Shown here one piece after another: positions 1-12,144 of a DNA stretch of 64,000 nucleotides. The position numbers and the translations under genes are program-made. Below the pieces are notes generated by a model. The model had not been told where the DNA came from. It saw only the letters and a list, made by a program, of their open reading frames with translations, and ran no database searches. The DNA is taken from positions 1,600,001-1,664,000 of the forward strand of contig OZ241907.1 of assembly GCA_965203515.1 (NCBI GenBank). The letters run 5' to 3'. The stretch comes from Spirochaetia bacterium. GTDB lineage: Bacteria; Spirochaetota; Spirochaetia; SZUA-6; Bin103. Every line of letters begins with the position of its first letter. The first letter of the stretch is position 1.

Positions 1-30
1 CCACCGACCGGGCTCAGGCGGTTGCAACGT

Positions 31-102
<72 letters not shown>

Positions 103-168
103 AGAAAGGGGTACCACAGCGCGTTCGGCGCTCCGGCGCACGAACTATGGAACCGGCGCGCACGCATG

Positions 169-699
169 TCAACCGCCGGCGCGACTCTGCGCGTTGAGCG
201 CGTCATGCCGCCTGCGGATCGAATCCGGCCAGCGGCTCTTGATGTACGACATCGCGGCGATGATCTCCTCGTCGGACAGGACGCCGCGATAGGCCGGCAT
301 GGCGGAACGGTAATCGAGCCCGGCGAACCGCTGCATGCCGTACTTGGTCAGGTCGAACAGCACCTGGTCGGTGTGATGCCACGTATGCCCGGTCTCGTCG
401 TGCGGTGGAGCGGGGAGCAATCCGTCGGCTCCCCGCTGCCGCCAGTTCGCCTGTCCTTCCAGGTTGGCGCCGTGGCACTGCGCGCACGACAGGTCGTAGA
501 CGTAACGGCCCCGTTCGACGATGCGGCGATCGTCCGGCCGGAAGAGGGCAGCCTGCCGCTCCGGCCGCTCCGGCGGCGTGGGCTGCCGGCCGGGATGCGG
601 CCGGAAGACGATGACCGCAGCGATGCCGGCGGCCGCCAACGCGGCCAGCCCCGCGGCAAGAACGACCGGTCGCCTCATCGCCCGCATGTTATTCACCAC
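169..699 (-). CDS. Monoheme c-type cytochrome, membrane-anchored
   Basis: N-terminal hydrophobic segment, CAQCH heme motif, HTWHH segment and distal MP; divergent from copA. Confidence 0.85.
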   Translation of the reverse strand: MVNNMRAMRRPVVLAAGLAALAAAGIAAVIVFRPHPGRQPTPPERPERQAALFRPDDRRIVERGRYVYDLSCAQCHGANLEGQANWRQRGADGLLPAPPHDETGHTWHHTDQVLFDLTKYGMQRFAGLDYRSAMPAYRGVLSDEEIIAAMSYIKSRWPDSIRRRHDALNAQSRAGG

Positions 700-773
700 C
701 CGCCCGCCCTTTCAACCACCCGCCGGTTCCGGCATCTCCCGGCGTCGTACTTGACCTTCCCGTTCCGGGACGG

Positions 774-3091
<2,318 letters not shown>

Positions 3092-3095
<4 letters not shown>

Positions 3096-4138
3096 CGCGG
3101 CCGGCGGCGCGCGGATCGGTCCGGCTCGCGCTGGCGCTCCTGTGTGCCGGCGCCCTGACCGCTTGGGCGGACCAACACGTGGCGGCGACGATCGGCGACC
3201 GGCCGGTGCACCGCGCCGATCTGCTGGCGGCGGCGGCGCTCGCCCTGGAAGAGACCGAACTGGAACGCCTGCGCTGTCAGGCCGCGGCCGACCGGCGCCA
3301 CGCTGACGTCCTGCGGAGCTTTCTCCGGGACATCGTGCACCGGCGACTGCTCGACCTGGAGGCCGACCGCACCGGGACGACTGCGGACACGATGCTGGCG
3401 GCGGTCCGCGCGTCGGCGCCGCCGGTCGAGACGGAGGCGGTCGAAACGTTCTACCTGCGGAACCGGGACCGCATTCCGTACTCGCTGGCGGCGGTCGCCG
3501 ATCAGATCCGCGCGTTGCTGCAGCAGCAGGCGGAGCAGCGCGCCGAGGAGGAGTTTCTCGACGGCCTGGAACGGCGGTTTGCGGTCGATTACCGGCTCGA
3601 GCCGTTTCGGATCGACGTGGACGCCGACGGCTTCGCCGCCCGCGGGCCGGCCGGCGCGCCGGTGACGATCGTCGAGTTCTCGGACTTCGAGTGCCCGTAC
3701 TGCGCCTCGATCCAGCCCGCCCTGGAGCGGGCCGGCCGGGAGTACGCCGGCCGCCTGCGGATCGTCTACCGCCACCTCCCGTTGACCGAAATCCACGCGC
3801 ACGCGCAGAAAGCGGCCGAGGCGGCGCTCTGCGCGGGCGAGCAAGGCCGGTTCTGGGAGCTGCACGACCTCATGTTCGCCGAGCAGGGCGCCTTGTCCGT
3901 GCCCGATCTCAAGGACAAGGCCGGACGGATCGGTCTTGACCGAACGGCGTTCGACGCGTGCCTCGATTCGGGCCGGCACTACGAAACGGTGCGCGCCGAC
4001 GTCCGCGCCGCGGCGGCCGCCGGGGTGTCGAGCACGCCGGCCCTGCTCGTCAACGGCCGGCCGCTGCCGTCGGGCGCCGTTCCGTTCGAGACGATCGCCG
4101 CGGCCATCGACGACGAGCTCGACCGCCTGGGCCGATGA
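3092..4138 (+). CDS. DsbA-family thioredoxin-domain protein, exported
   Basis: GTG start overlaps the copA stop (GTGA); signal-like N-terminus; EFSDFECPYC and STP motifs. Confidence 0.85.
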
Positions 4139-4173
4139 CTTGGCAGGTCTCGCTCAAGACGCATACAGAGCGG

Positions 4174-5271
4174 TCAGCTCCGCGACGACCGCTCAACGCC
4201 CGATCGAACGTACTCCTGAAGGTGACATGCGGCGCCGAACATCTCGACTCGCCACTGCTCGTCCGATCGAAGCCGCCGCCGCAGTCGAACGGTGCCCGGC
4301 GCCGGCGTCCGCCGCAGCCGGATGCCCGACTCCCTGATCGTTCGGTCGACCGCATGTGCCCGGCGAGCCGGGCGGCTCGAATCGGCCCTCGCCGTGGCAT
4401 ACGCGCGTGAAGTCCTGGCAAGAATTCGCTGCGCATCGCGGTCGCTCGGCAGCGTACGGCCACCTCGCCGCCACGGAGCGAGCAGCGCGACGGGATCAGG
4501 AGCCAGCAACCGCTTCCACACGCGGGGTTCGTCGGCGGTCTCGGCGCCGTGGTGCGGCACCTTGAACGCGGATGCCGTGTCGGGAGGACGCGTCCTGTCC
4601 TGCAGAATCTTCAACCAGCCGCCCTTCTCCAGGTCGGAACCGAGCAGTACCGCAACGTCGCCGACCTCCACCCGAAGCACCACGGAAGCGTCGTTTGGAG
4701 AGAGGCTGGAGATTCTGGTCTCGGCTTGCCCGGTCTTTGGCATCAAACGGCCTAGATCGCTCATGAACTGGAGGAACGCTTCGTCGTCAGGTGAGAGCGC
4801 CCGGATGCGACACGTCCCCTTCTCAAGAATATAACGGTTGGCTACTGCCAAGATGGGCGTGGATGACGCTTCCCGAAGTAGGGAAAATACCCGGTGTAGC
4901 TCGCGCACGCCGGAGCCGAAAGAAGCATGGTGACGGTCTTCAAGAGCGTCGATCATGGCCAAAAACTCCTCGTTACACAGGACAATTGCACAGCAAAAGG
5001 ATGCCTTCGCACAGACCTGCACCATCCGTGCAAGGCCTCGTATGTGGTCGTCGTGCCAGTGGGTGGCCACGATCATCGCCACTGCCTGGGACGGATCGAC
5101 GCCGATGGCCCGCAGATAGTCCAGCGCGGCCGGGGCGTCGGAACGTCCACAGGAATCGACCAGAATCCAGGCGCCGTCGCCGACGTGCATGACCACGCTT
5201 TCGCCATATCCGGGACCGATGAGGGTCAGTTCGACTTCATCGGCCCTTGGGGGTTGCCCGCCGTACGTCAC
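4174..5271 (-). CDS. ComEC/Rec2-like metallo-beta-lactamase-fold hydrolase (putative nuclease)
   Basis: GPGYGES, VDS, THWHDDH (HxHxDH), NDAS, GSD, KVPHHG; GTG start overlaps the upstream stop (GTGA). Confidence 0.85.
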   Translation of the reverse strand: MTYGGQPPRADEVELTLIGPGYGESVVMHVGDGAWILVDSCGRSDAPAALDYLRAIGVDPSQAVAMIVATHWHDDHIRGLARMVQVCAKASFCCAIVLCNEEFLAMIDALEDRHHASFGSGVRELHRVFSLLREASSTPILAVANRYILEKGTCRIRALSPDDEAFLQFMSDLGRLMPKTGQAETRISSLSPNDASVVLRVEVGDVAVLLGSDLEKGGWLKILQDRTRPPDTASAFKVPHHGAETADEPRVWKRLLAPDPVALLAPWRRGGRTLPSDRDAQRILARTSRAYATARADSSRPARRAHAVDRTIRESGIRLRRTPAPGTVRLRRRLRSDEQWRVEMFGAACHLQEYVRSGVERSSRS

Positions 5272-5858
5272 CGATCGATATCTTGTATCTTGAGCGCCTG
5301 CATCGTCTTGCGAGCCCACTCCCCGCCTTGTTGGAAATCGCGTTCGGTGAGCCGGGGAAGATCGCGGAACACGATCTGGGACACGCGTTTCTTCGTTCCG
5401 GAAGGATCACGTTGATAGCCGATGACCCAACGGAAGATACCGCCTTCCCGCAACGTTGCGGCATCTCCGTCGGAGATTTCGGCCAATGGAATGGTCGCCT
5501 CTTCCTCCTCATGCGATGACCCGGCGGTCAAATCGACCAGCCTCGCCACGAACTCGCCGCCATGTATCTCCAATACATATCCCTCCCATTCCTGCAGAGC
5601 GTGAAATGAGGATCGCGGGACATTGGCGCCGTATTGCTCAGGAAAGGAAAGCGTCGAAGGTTCGACGGCCGGTGATCTCACCGTTCTGGTGCCAAAAACG
5701 TCGTCCTGCGCAGGAGATGTCCCTGTCAGCGCCGATTGTATCGCCTCCTCGGGCACGCGGGGAACGAGAGGCGGTACTCCGCTGACCGTCTCCTCAACGG
5801 CGCCGCCCGCATCCTCTGCGAAACTGTCAGCGGTCACCGACTGGCCGGAATGCGCCAT
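5268..5858 (-). CDS. Hypothetical protein; disordered N-terminus plus beta-rich C-terminal domain (QEWEG...)
   Basis: GGAGG-like RBS; coupled to both neighbours; OB-fold-like strand pattern is inference. Confidence 0.7.
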   Translation of the reverse strand: MAHSGQSVTADSFAEDAGGAVEETVSGVPPLVPRVPEEAIQSALTGTSPAQDDVFGTRTVRSPAVEPSTLSFPEQYGANVPRSSFHALQEWEGYVLEIHGGEFVARLVDLTAGSSHEEEEATIPLAEISDGDAATLREGGIFRWVIGYQRDPSGTKKRVSQIVFRDLPRLTERDFQQGGEWARKTMQALKIQDIDR

Positions 5859-5863
5859 GCGCG

Positions 5864-6556
5864 CTAACCCTCCTTCGCCAACGACATGATATGATCGATG
5901 ATATCATCGCTGCGCCGCAATGAAGTGTCGAAGTTGTCACAGAGGAAGCCCATCAATTGGGCGCGGCCGCGTGCGTCGTCACGGTCGATCCGGTAGTGAT
6001 CATTGACGCCGACGTAGACGCCCGACCCGTGGCCGATTCGATTGGACGGTTCGACGGTAACGTTGATCTGCCCGCCCGGCGGCCTGCCTTCGGGCCGGAG
6101 CTGAGACATCCTGAGCGACGTCATGCCACCGTGCTCGCTGTCCAACCCGAGTTTCTGACCGCAGCGGCCCCAGGGCGCAACCGGCGCCAACGTTCTGCCG
6201 ATCCGGTCCCGCTCAGCCGAACTACCGGTCCGAAAGTGAACATTGCGGTTGATGCCTATCACCCTGAGCGGCGTGTGGTCGAGGAGCTCCCCGAACACGC
6301 GCGCGACGATGTCGCGCACTCGGACATGCGGCGCCTGCGCCGTGTCGGCCGAGAACCGGTCAGTCGTGACATGCAGGTGAAGCCAATCCGTCGAAAACTC
6401 GGTCACCTGCGGATGAGCGATCTCCAGCTTCGCGCTGTCCGCGGCGCTTTCCGGCAGGAGACCGTGCAGGGCAAACCACGCCGGCGTGAAGATCGCCGGG
6501 TTGAAGTCACCGCGGACGACGACAGCCACCTCGTCGATCTCCGGCTGGATCCTCAC
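5864..6556 (-). CDS. Hypothetical protein (GDFNPAIF motif; TIGR04255-like by resemblance)
   Basis: 230-aa ORF, first gene of the operon; TATACT at 6577-6582. Confidence 0.7.
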   Translation of the reverse strand: MRIQPEIDEVAVVVRGDFNPAIFTPAWFALHGLLPESAADSAKLEIAHPQVTEFSTDWLHLHVTTDRFSADTAQAPHVRVRDIVARVFGELLDHTPLRVIGINRNVHFRTGSSAERDRIGRTLAPVAPWGRCGQKLGLDSEHGGMTSLRMSQLRPEGRPPGGQINVTVEPSNRIGHGSGVYVGVNDHYRIDRDDARGRAQLMGFLCDNFDTSLRRSDDIIDHIMSLAKEG

Positions 6557-6597
6557 GCTACCGCCATCGGGGTCGGAGTATAGCGCCTCACCCTTCC

Positions 6598-7584
6598 CTA
6601 GTATCCGCGCTCGCCGGCCGCCAGCCGGTCATCCGGGCCCAGGCCGGCGGCGGTCAGTACCCGGTCCATGCGCCGCCAGGCGAAGATCGGCATCATGTGG
6701 ACGCCGGCGACCCCGGGGGTAGCGCGCAGCCGTTGCAGCAGCTCGACCGTGTAGCGCATCCCCTCCTCGGCCGCCTCGCCGCGCGCCTCCGCCCGCCGCA
6801 GGCGCGCGAGCAGGGCGTCGGTCTCCGGATGTGAGCCGGTGAAGCCGACCAGGAACAGCCAGGTGCGCAGCGACAGCGGCGACGTGACGATCGGCACGCC
6901 GCAGATGATCGGCGCCGTCACGCCGAGCCGCTCGACTTCGGCAAGCCAGCGGGTGAACCGGCGCCACAGGAACGGCGGCTGCGTCAGGATCGCCTCCGCG
7001 CCGGCGGCGACCTTGCGCTGCATGCGGCGCGCGCGCGCGGCCGGCCCCGGCAGGATCGGGTTCTCGACCGCCCAGAGCGGCTGATCGGGAAACGCGCGCC
7101 GCACCGCGCGCAGGATGCGGAACGAGTTCTGCGGCAGCAGCCACCCCAGCTTGACGATGCCGAACAGCCGGCGCACCAGCCCGCCGCCGGACAGCACCAG
7201 CAGGGCCGCCGCGCCGCCGGCGCGCGCCGCCGCCACCCGCCGCGCCACCATGCCGGCGGTCCGCAGGCTGGCCGACACGGTGAACACCGGCTCGGCGCTC
7301 TTCGACAGCGCGCCGGCGATACGCCGCTCCAGCCGCTCGCGCGGCGCGCGCCTGGCCGGGCGCCGCCGCGCCAGCAGGTCGCGGAAGCGTCCGACCAGCG
7401 GCAGGTCCGGCAGCGTCACCGCGTCGATCAAGCCGCGGTCGACCATCCGCCGGTAGGCGCGCGCCTGGCCGGCCTGCGCCTGCTCCGCGGTGATCACGAA
7501 CCGGCCGGATGCGAGCCGCTCGCGCGCGGTGCCGAGGCGCGCGCGGATGTCGCCGGCGGCTCCGCCGTCCTTCGCCTTCGCCAT
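6598..7584 (-). CDS. Methylenetetrahydrofolate reductase-like (MetF-fold) protein, divergent
   Basis: KVAAGAEAILTQP and GVAGVHMM motifs; start just after the sulfatase stop. Confidence 0.65.
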   Translation of the reverse strand: MAKAKDGGAAGDIRARLGTARERLASGRFVITAEQAQAGQARAYRRMVDRGLIDAVTLPDLPLVGRFRDLLARRRPARRAPRERLERRIAGALSKSAEPVFTVSASLRTAGMVARRVAAARAGGAAALLVLSGGGLVRRLFGIVKLGWLLPQNSFRILRAVRRAFPDQPLWAVENPILPGPAARARRMQRKVAAGAEAILTQPPFLWRRFTRWLAEVERLGVTAPIICGVPIVTSPLSLRTWLFLVGFTGSHPETDALLARLRRAEARGEAAEEGMRYTVELLQRLRATPGVAGVHMMPIFAWRRMDRVLTAAGLGPDDRLAAGERGY

Positions 7585-7589
7585 GCGGC

Positions 7590-9038
7590 TCAGAGATAGG
7601 GATACATGCGGGCCGGGTCGTAGCCGGGGATGAACAGCTCGTGCGGCCGCCCGGTCACCAACGCGCCGTCGCGGACGAATCCCTCGGGCCGGTCGCGCAG
7701 CACCTCGACCAGGCGCGCGCGCCACCGCGCCAGTTCCGCGCCGCCGGCCGGCGCCAGATCGCGCAGCTCCTGCGGGTCGGCGTCCAGATCGAAGAGGTGC
7801 TCGCGGCCGGTCTGCGAGTACCAGACGTACTTGCGGCGGCCGTCGGTCAGGTAGTGGTTGCCCAGCGCGTAATCGTACTGGCCGGCGTGCTCGCCGTGCA
7901 GGTACTCGCGCACCTCCTGCGCCTCGCCGCGCAGGATCGGCAGCAGGCTCCTGCCGGTCACCGAGTCCGGGACCGGCGCGCCGGCGATGTCCAGAATGGT
8001 CGGCATCAGGTCCTGCAGACCGACCGCCGCCGGCGACACCACGCCGGAGCCGAGCGGAGCGCGCCCGGGACCGCTGACGATGAACGGCACGCGCGCCGAC
8101 CCTTCGTACGGCCACGTCTTGCGGAACAGGTGATGGTCGCCGAGCATCTCGCCGTGGTCGGCGGTGAACACGAACACCGTGTCGGGCAGCAGCGCCTGCA
8201 TCACCTGCAGCAGCCGGCCGATCTGATCGTCGATGAAGTTGATCATCCCGAAGTAGGCCGCCTGGCTGCAGCGCCGGTCGTGCTCGTCCAGATCGATGTA
8301 CCAGGCGTTGGGACTGACGCCCTTGCGCGGCACCGGCCGGCCCGGCAGGTCCCGCGCCCAGTCGCCGACCGGCGGCGCCGGCAGGTCGCGGCCGACGTAG
8401 CGGTCGTAGTAGTGGCGCGGCGGCGTGAACGGCGGGTGCGGGTCGATGAACGACAGATTGAGGAAGAACGGCTGCGAGTCGTCGCGGTGCTCCAGGAAGT
8501 GGATGGCGCGGTCGACGACCCAGAAGGTGTGCAGCAGTTCCTCCGGCAGGTGGTGGGGCCGGCCCACCCAGGCATTGGAGGAGACGCCGTGCGCGTAGCC
8601 GGCGTGCCGGTCGCGCACGCCGCGGTCGGCCAGCCACTCGGCGTAGTCGCCCGAGTTGCTGGTGTCGGCGATCTGCACGTGCTCGAACCCGTACCGCCAG
8701 CGGCTCGACCCGCGCCCGCGCACGTGGCTCTTGCCGATCATCTCGGTCTGATAGCCGGCCGCGGTCAGCTCGCCGGCCAGCAGGTGCGGCGGCGCCCAGT
8801 CGAAGTCCCGGCCCATGCCGACCGCACCGTTGGCCGCCGGCGCCGTCCCGCTCATCATGGTGCGCCGCGCCGGCACGCAGCTCGGGCACTCGGCGTACGC
8901 GTGCGTGAAGCGCGCGCCCGAGGCGGCCAGCCAATCCAGGTTCGGCGTCTGCAGCACCGGGTGGCCCTCGATGCCGAGCGCGTCGCCGCGCTGCTGGTCG
9001 GTCAGGATCAGGACGACGTTGGGCCGGTCGCTCGCCAT
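7590..9038 (-). CDS. Formylglycine-dependent sulfatase
   Basis: PNVVLILTDQ, CVPAR (CxPxR), GKxH, PHPP, DHG motifs. Confidence 0.92.
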   Translation of the reverse strand: MASDRPNVVLILTDQQRGDALGIEGHPVLQTPNLDWLAASGARFTHAYAECPSCVPARRTMMSGTAPAANGAVGMGRDFDWAPPHLLAGELTAAGYQTEMIGKSHVRGRGSSRWRYGFEHVQIADTSNSGDYAEWLADRGVRDRHAGYAHGVSSNAWVGRPHHLPEELLHTFWVVDRAIHFLEHRDDSQPFFLNLSFIDPHPPFTPPRHYYDRYVGRDLPAPPVGDWARDLPGRPVPRKGVSPNAWYIDLDEHDRRCSQAAYFGMINFIDDQIGRLLQVMQALLPDTVFVFTADHGEMLGDHHLFRKTWPYEGSARVPFIVSGPGRAPLGSGVVSPAAVGLQDLMPTILDIAGAPVPDSVTGRSLLPILRGEAQEVREYLHGEHAGQYDYALGNHYLTDGRRKYVWYSQTGREHLFDLDADPQELRDLAPAGGAELARWRARLVEVLRDRPEGFVRDGALVTGRPHELFIPGYDPARMYPYL

Positions 9039-9255
9039 GGCGTCGTACTGTAGCACTCGCACAGCTTCAGGCCATAATACGTCATGGACGTACGAAACCT
9101 GTTGCAAGGCGGGGCGCCGGCGGCGTGCTTGGCCTTCCCCGGTGCCTTCAAGCCGGAAGCTGACTACCTCAGCAGGATCAAGTCTGCCCCGCCGGCGGTC
9201 GTCTGAGCCGGGGACGTACACACCGGCGCGGCGCTCCATCCGGACGGCCATCGGC

Positions 9256-9959
9256 ATGCAGCTCGAACACATCGACGCCATCGAACGGCGCCTCTGGAGC
9301 GCGGCCGACACGCTGCGCGCCAACTCCAACTACGCCAGCAACGAATACTTCCTGCCGGTGATGGGCCTGGTCTTCCTGCGCCACGCCTACCGCCGCTACC
9401 TGGCGGTGGCGGAGGAAGCCGCCGCCGGCCGGCCCACCCGCGGCGGCCGGGCGCGGCCGCTTGCCAAGCAGGACTTCTCGCAGCGGGGCGCCATCTTCCT
9501 GCGCCCGGAGGCGCAGTTCGACCACCTGGTCGCGCTGCCCGACGGCGCCGACCGCGCCGCGGCGATCATCGCCGCCATGGAGTCGATCGAAGCCGACTAC
9601 GAGAGCCTGCGCGGCATGTTGCCGAAGAGCGAGTATCACGAGCTGGATAACGAGGTCCTCGGCCAGCTCCTGCGCACCCTCGACCCCGACGAGCTGAAGC
9701 GGGTATCGGGCGATGTCTTCGGGCGCATCTACGAGTACTTCCTCACCCAGTTCGCCGATCAGAAGGCGCATGACGGCGGCGAGTTCTTCACGCCCTCCTC
9801 ACCGGCCGCTACGTCGGCATCGCTCCTGACGAGGAGGACTTCGACTTCGCGCAGACGCTGCGGAACATCCACGCGGAGCTCGACGACCTCGACGCCGAAT
9901 CGGTGACGCTGGCGGCGAAGATTCGCCAGAACTTCAAAGCGTTGCGCGTCTTCTCTTGA
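9256..9959 (+). pseudogene. hsdM: Type I R-M methyltransferase remnant (N-terminal domain joined out of frame to the extreme C-terminus; catalytic core deleted)
   Basis: LWSAADTLRANS...GRIYEYFL...GEFFTP, then in another frame GRYVGIAPDEEDFDFAQTL; no DPACG or NPPF motifs. Confidence 0.85.
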
Positions 9960-9995
9960 TTGCCGCTCGCCGGATCATACTGCTACGATGCGGTA

Positions 9996-11159
9996 ATGAG
10001 CCCCGGACGCGAGTCCCGTCCCCGATACGACGAGCGGTACAAGATGCTGTTCGCCTTCCCGCGCATGGTCGAGGACCTCGTGCGCGCCTTCTTCAGCGGC
10101 GAGCAGCTCGCTACCGTAGACTTCTCGACGCTGCAGAAGCTGTCGGCCGAGTACGTCAGCGACGAGTTGCTGAAGCGCCACGGGGACGCCGTATGGCGGC
10201 TGCGGGTGGGAGACGAGTGGACCTGTCTGCTGGTGCTGCTGGAGTTCCAGTCGCGCGATGACTACTACATGGCGCTGCGCATCCTTGTCTACGTCAGCCT
10301 GATGTACCAGGAGTGGCTGCGCAACGAGAGTCGGAAGAGGCGGGAAGGGCAGGAAGCGCGCCGCTTGCCGGCGGTGCTGCCGGTAGTGCTCTACAACGGC
10401 ACGGACCCGTGGGGGGCGCCGCAGGAGGTGGGCGAGTTGATCGCGCCGGTGGGGCAGTGGCTGGCGGCGTACCAACCGGCGCAGCGTTACTTCGTAGTGG
10501 ACGAGCAGCGGGTCGGGGCGGACTCGGTGCCGCGCGGGAATTTGATGCGGGCGGTGGTGGGGCTGGAGCAGAGTCGGTCGCCGGAGGACTTGTTGCGGGT
10601 AGCGAACGCGCTGGCGGAGTGGCTGGCGGGGTCGGAGCACGATGAGTTGCGACGGGTGTTCGAGGACTGGCTGCGGAGTTCGATCGAGCAGATCAAGCGG
10701 GAGGGGGAGGAGCTGCCGGAGATGAAGAACCTGGAGGAGGTACGGATGACGCTGGAAGAGCGAGTGAAGGAGTGGCCGGCGCAGTGGATGCGGGAAGGCC
10801 GCGAGCAAGGACTTGCGCAGGGACTTGAGAAGGGCCGTGAGGAAGGCCGTGAGGAAGGCCGTGAGGAAGGCCGTGAGGAAGGCCGTGAGGAAGGCCGTGA
10901 GGAAGGCCGTGAGGAGGGCCGTGAGGAGGGTCTTGAGCAGGGCCGCGAGCAGGGCCGCGAGCAGGGACTTGAACACGAACGAACTCTGTTGCGCCGTATG
11001 GCAGCGCTGCGGTTCGGCGCCGAGACCGGCGAGCGCGCGGCGGCTCTGATGGCGGACATCGGGGAAGCGGATCAACTGGCCGACATCGGCGACTGGCTGG
11101 TGCAGTCCGGCGACGGCGACAAATTTCTGGCACGAATAGCGTCGATCGCGCGGTCGTGA
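9996..11159 (+). CDS. Rpn-family recombination-promoting nuclease / putative transposase (PD-(D/E)xK)
   Basis: YDxxYKxLF start, GDAVWRL, LLEFQS, LPVVLYNG, C-terminal (GREE)n coil. Confidence 0.9.
   Translation: MSPGRESRPRYDERYKMLFAFPRMVEDLVRAFFSGEQLATVDFSTLQKLSAEYVSDELLKRHGDAVWRLRVGDEWTCLLVLLEFQSRDDYYMALRILVYVSLMYQEWLRNESRKRREGQEARRLPAVLPVVLYNGTDPWGAPQEVGELIAPVGQWLAAYQPAQRYFVVDEQRVGADSVPRGNLMRAVVGLEQSRSPEDLLRVANALAEWLAGSEHDELRRVFEDWLRSSIEQIKREGEELPEMKNLEEVRMTLEERVKEWPAQWMREGREQGLAQGLEKGREEGREEGREEGREEGREEGREEGREEGREEGLEQGREQGREQGLEHERTLLRRMAALRFGAETGERAAALMADIGEADQLADIGDWLVQSGDGDKFLARIASIARS
10833..10928 (+). repeat. 12-bp tandem repeat x8 (GGCCGTGAGGAR) encoding GREE
   Basis: Directly visible; related GREQ/GLEQ units flank it. 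Confidence 0.95.
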
Positions 11160-11269
11160 CGGCGCTCGCGCACATGCGGCGCCACCCCGGTCGAACTCTC
11201 CTGCGCGGTACCAGGCACTCCTCTTCCTCGGGCGCGATGCCGACGTAGCGGGCTAGCGACCGAGGGCTT

Positions 11270-11460
11270 TCAGTGACGAGTTGCTGAACGCCGCGGCGAC
11301 GCCGTTTGGCGGCAGCCTGGAAAGAGGAGCTGCCGGAGATGAAAACCTGGGGGAGGTACGGATGACGCTGGAAGATCGAGTGAAGGAGTGGCCGGCGCAG
11401 TGGATGCGGGAAGGCCGCGAGCAAGGACTTGAGCAAGGCCGTGAGCAGGGACGTCAGTAG
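11270..11460 (+). pseudogene. Internally deleted second copy of the rpn gene
   Basis: SDELL..GDAVWR piece joined to EELPEM..MTLEDRVKEWPAQWMREGREQG, near-identical to the 10155-10200 and 10706-10830 regions. Confidence 0.8.
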
Positions 11461-11801
11461 GATATTTCGCCTTGATGGACCGCGAAGTCTGTACGAACCA
11501 GGGATTTATCAATATCATCCCGCGGGACGCGGGAATGACGATGTATCTCCTCTTCAATCTCATGAGTCGAGTAAACGAAATTCGCAGCAATGCGAAGGGT
11601 ACGACGTACCCGGAGATCAGCAAGGGGCGCTTTCGCGCGATGGACATAGTGGTTCCGGAGTATCCGGTCGTCGCGAAATTTGCCAACTTCTCGTCGGAGG
11701 TGATTCGACAGATTCGCCTCTTGAAGCGTTCCACTCTCCACCTCACTCAAGCACGTGATTTGCTTCTGCCTCACCTGATGAGTGGCCGGATATCGGTGTG
11801 A
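11452..11801 (+). pseudogene. hsdS: Type I R-M specificity subunit C-terminal fragment
   Basis: TNQGF, GTTYPEISK, ARDLLLPHLMSG terminus; N-terminal TRD missing. Confidence 0.85.
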
Positions 11802-11899
11802 TTCGGAAGACCGCGGTTATCATGTCTGAATGTACGTCGACCTTCCGGCGGGCGGGACCGGGACGGCGCGGCCGGGATCTCAGCCGACCGGGATCCGCG

Positions 11900-12144
11900 A
11901 AGGCACCAAGTCGGCACCAAGTCCATATCTTACGTAATTGCCTTGCAAGTAAGTCGATACGGGAAATCATGGCGCTTGCCGGCAGACGCGACCGCACCAA
12001 GTTCCGGCACCAAGTCATGCAACCCTTGCTCGCCGCCGGATGGCTGGGATGACCATTCCCGACAAGCCCACCAGCAGCCGCCAGCGGTACCGGCTGACCG
12101 CCGCCGGGCGGCAGCTCCTGGACGAGATGCGGGCCGTGGAATGA
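11900..12144 (+). pseudogene. Fragment of a winged-helix C-terminal domain of Fic/RecG-like R-M accessory proteins, frameshifted
   Basis: DRTKFRHQVMQPLL and TIPDKPTSSRQRYRLT lie in different frames. Confidence 0.65.

Noticed and set aside
4174..6556. Naming the MBL triad as a published defence system (e.g. AVAST type 1)
   Set aside because: No STAND ATPase or other diagnostic partner; cannot be assigned without HMM searches
10797..10975. CRISPR array in the periodic repeats (also 52.8-53.9 kb)
   Set aside because: Repeats are contiguous, in-frame and coding, with no unique spacers; no cas genes
9996..11159. rpn as an IS element
   Set aside because: No terminal inverted repeats of its own or target-site duplication seen; Rpn proteins are not demonstrated transposases
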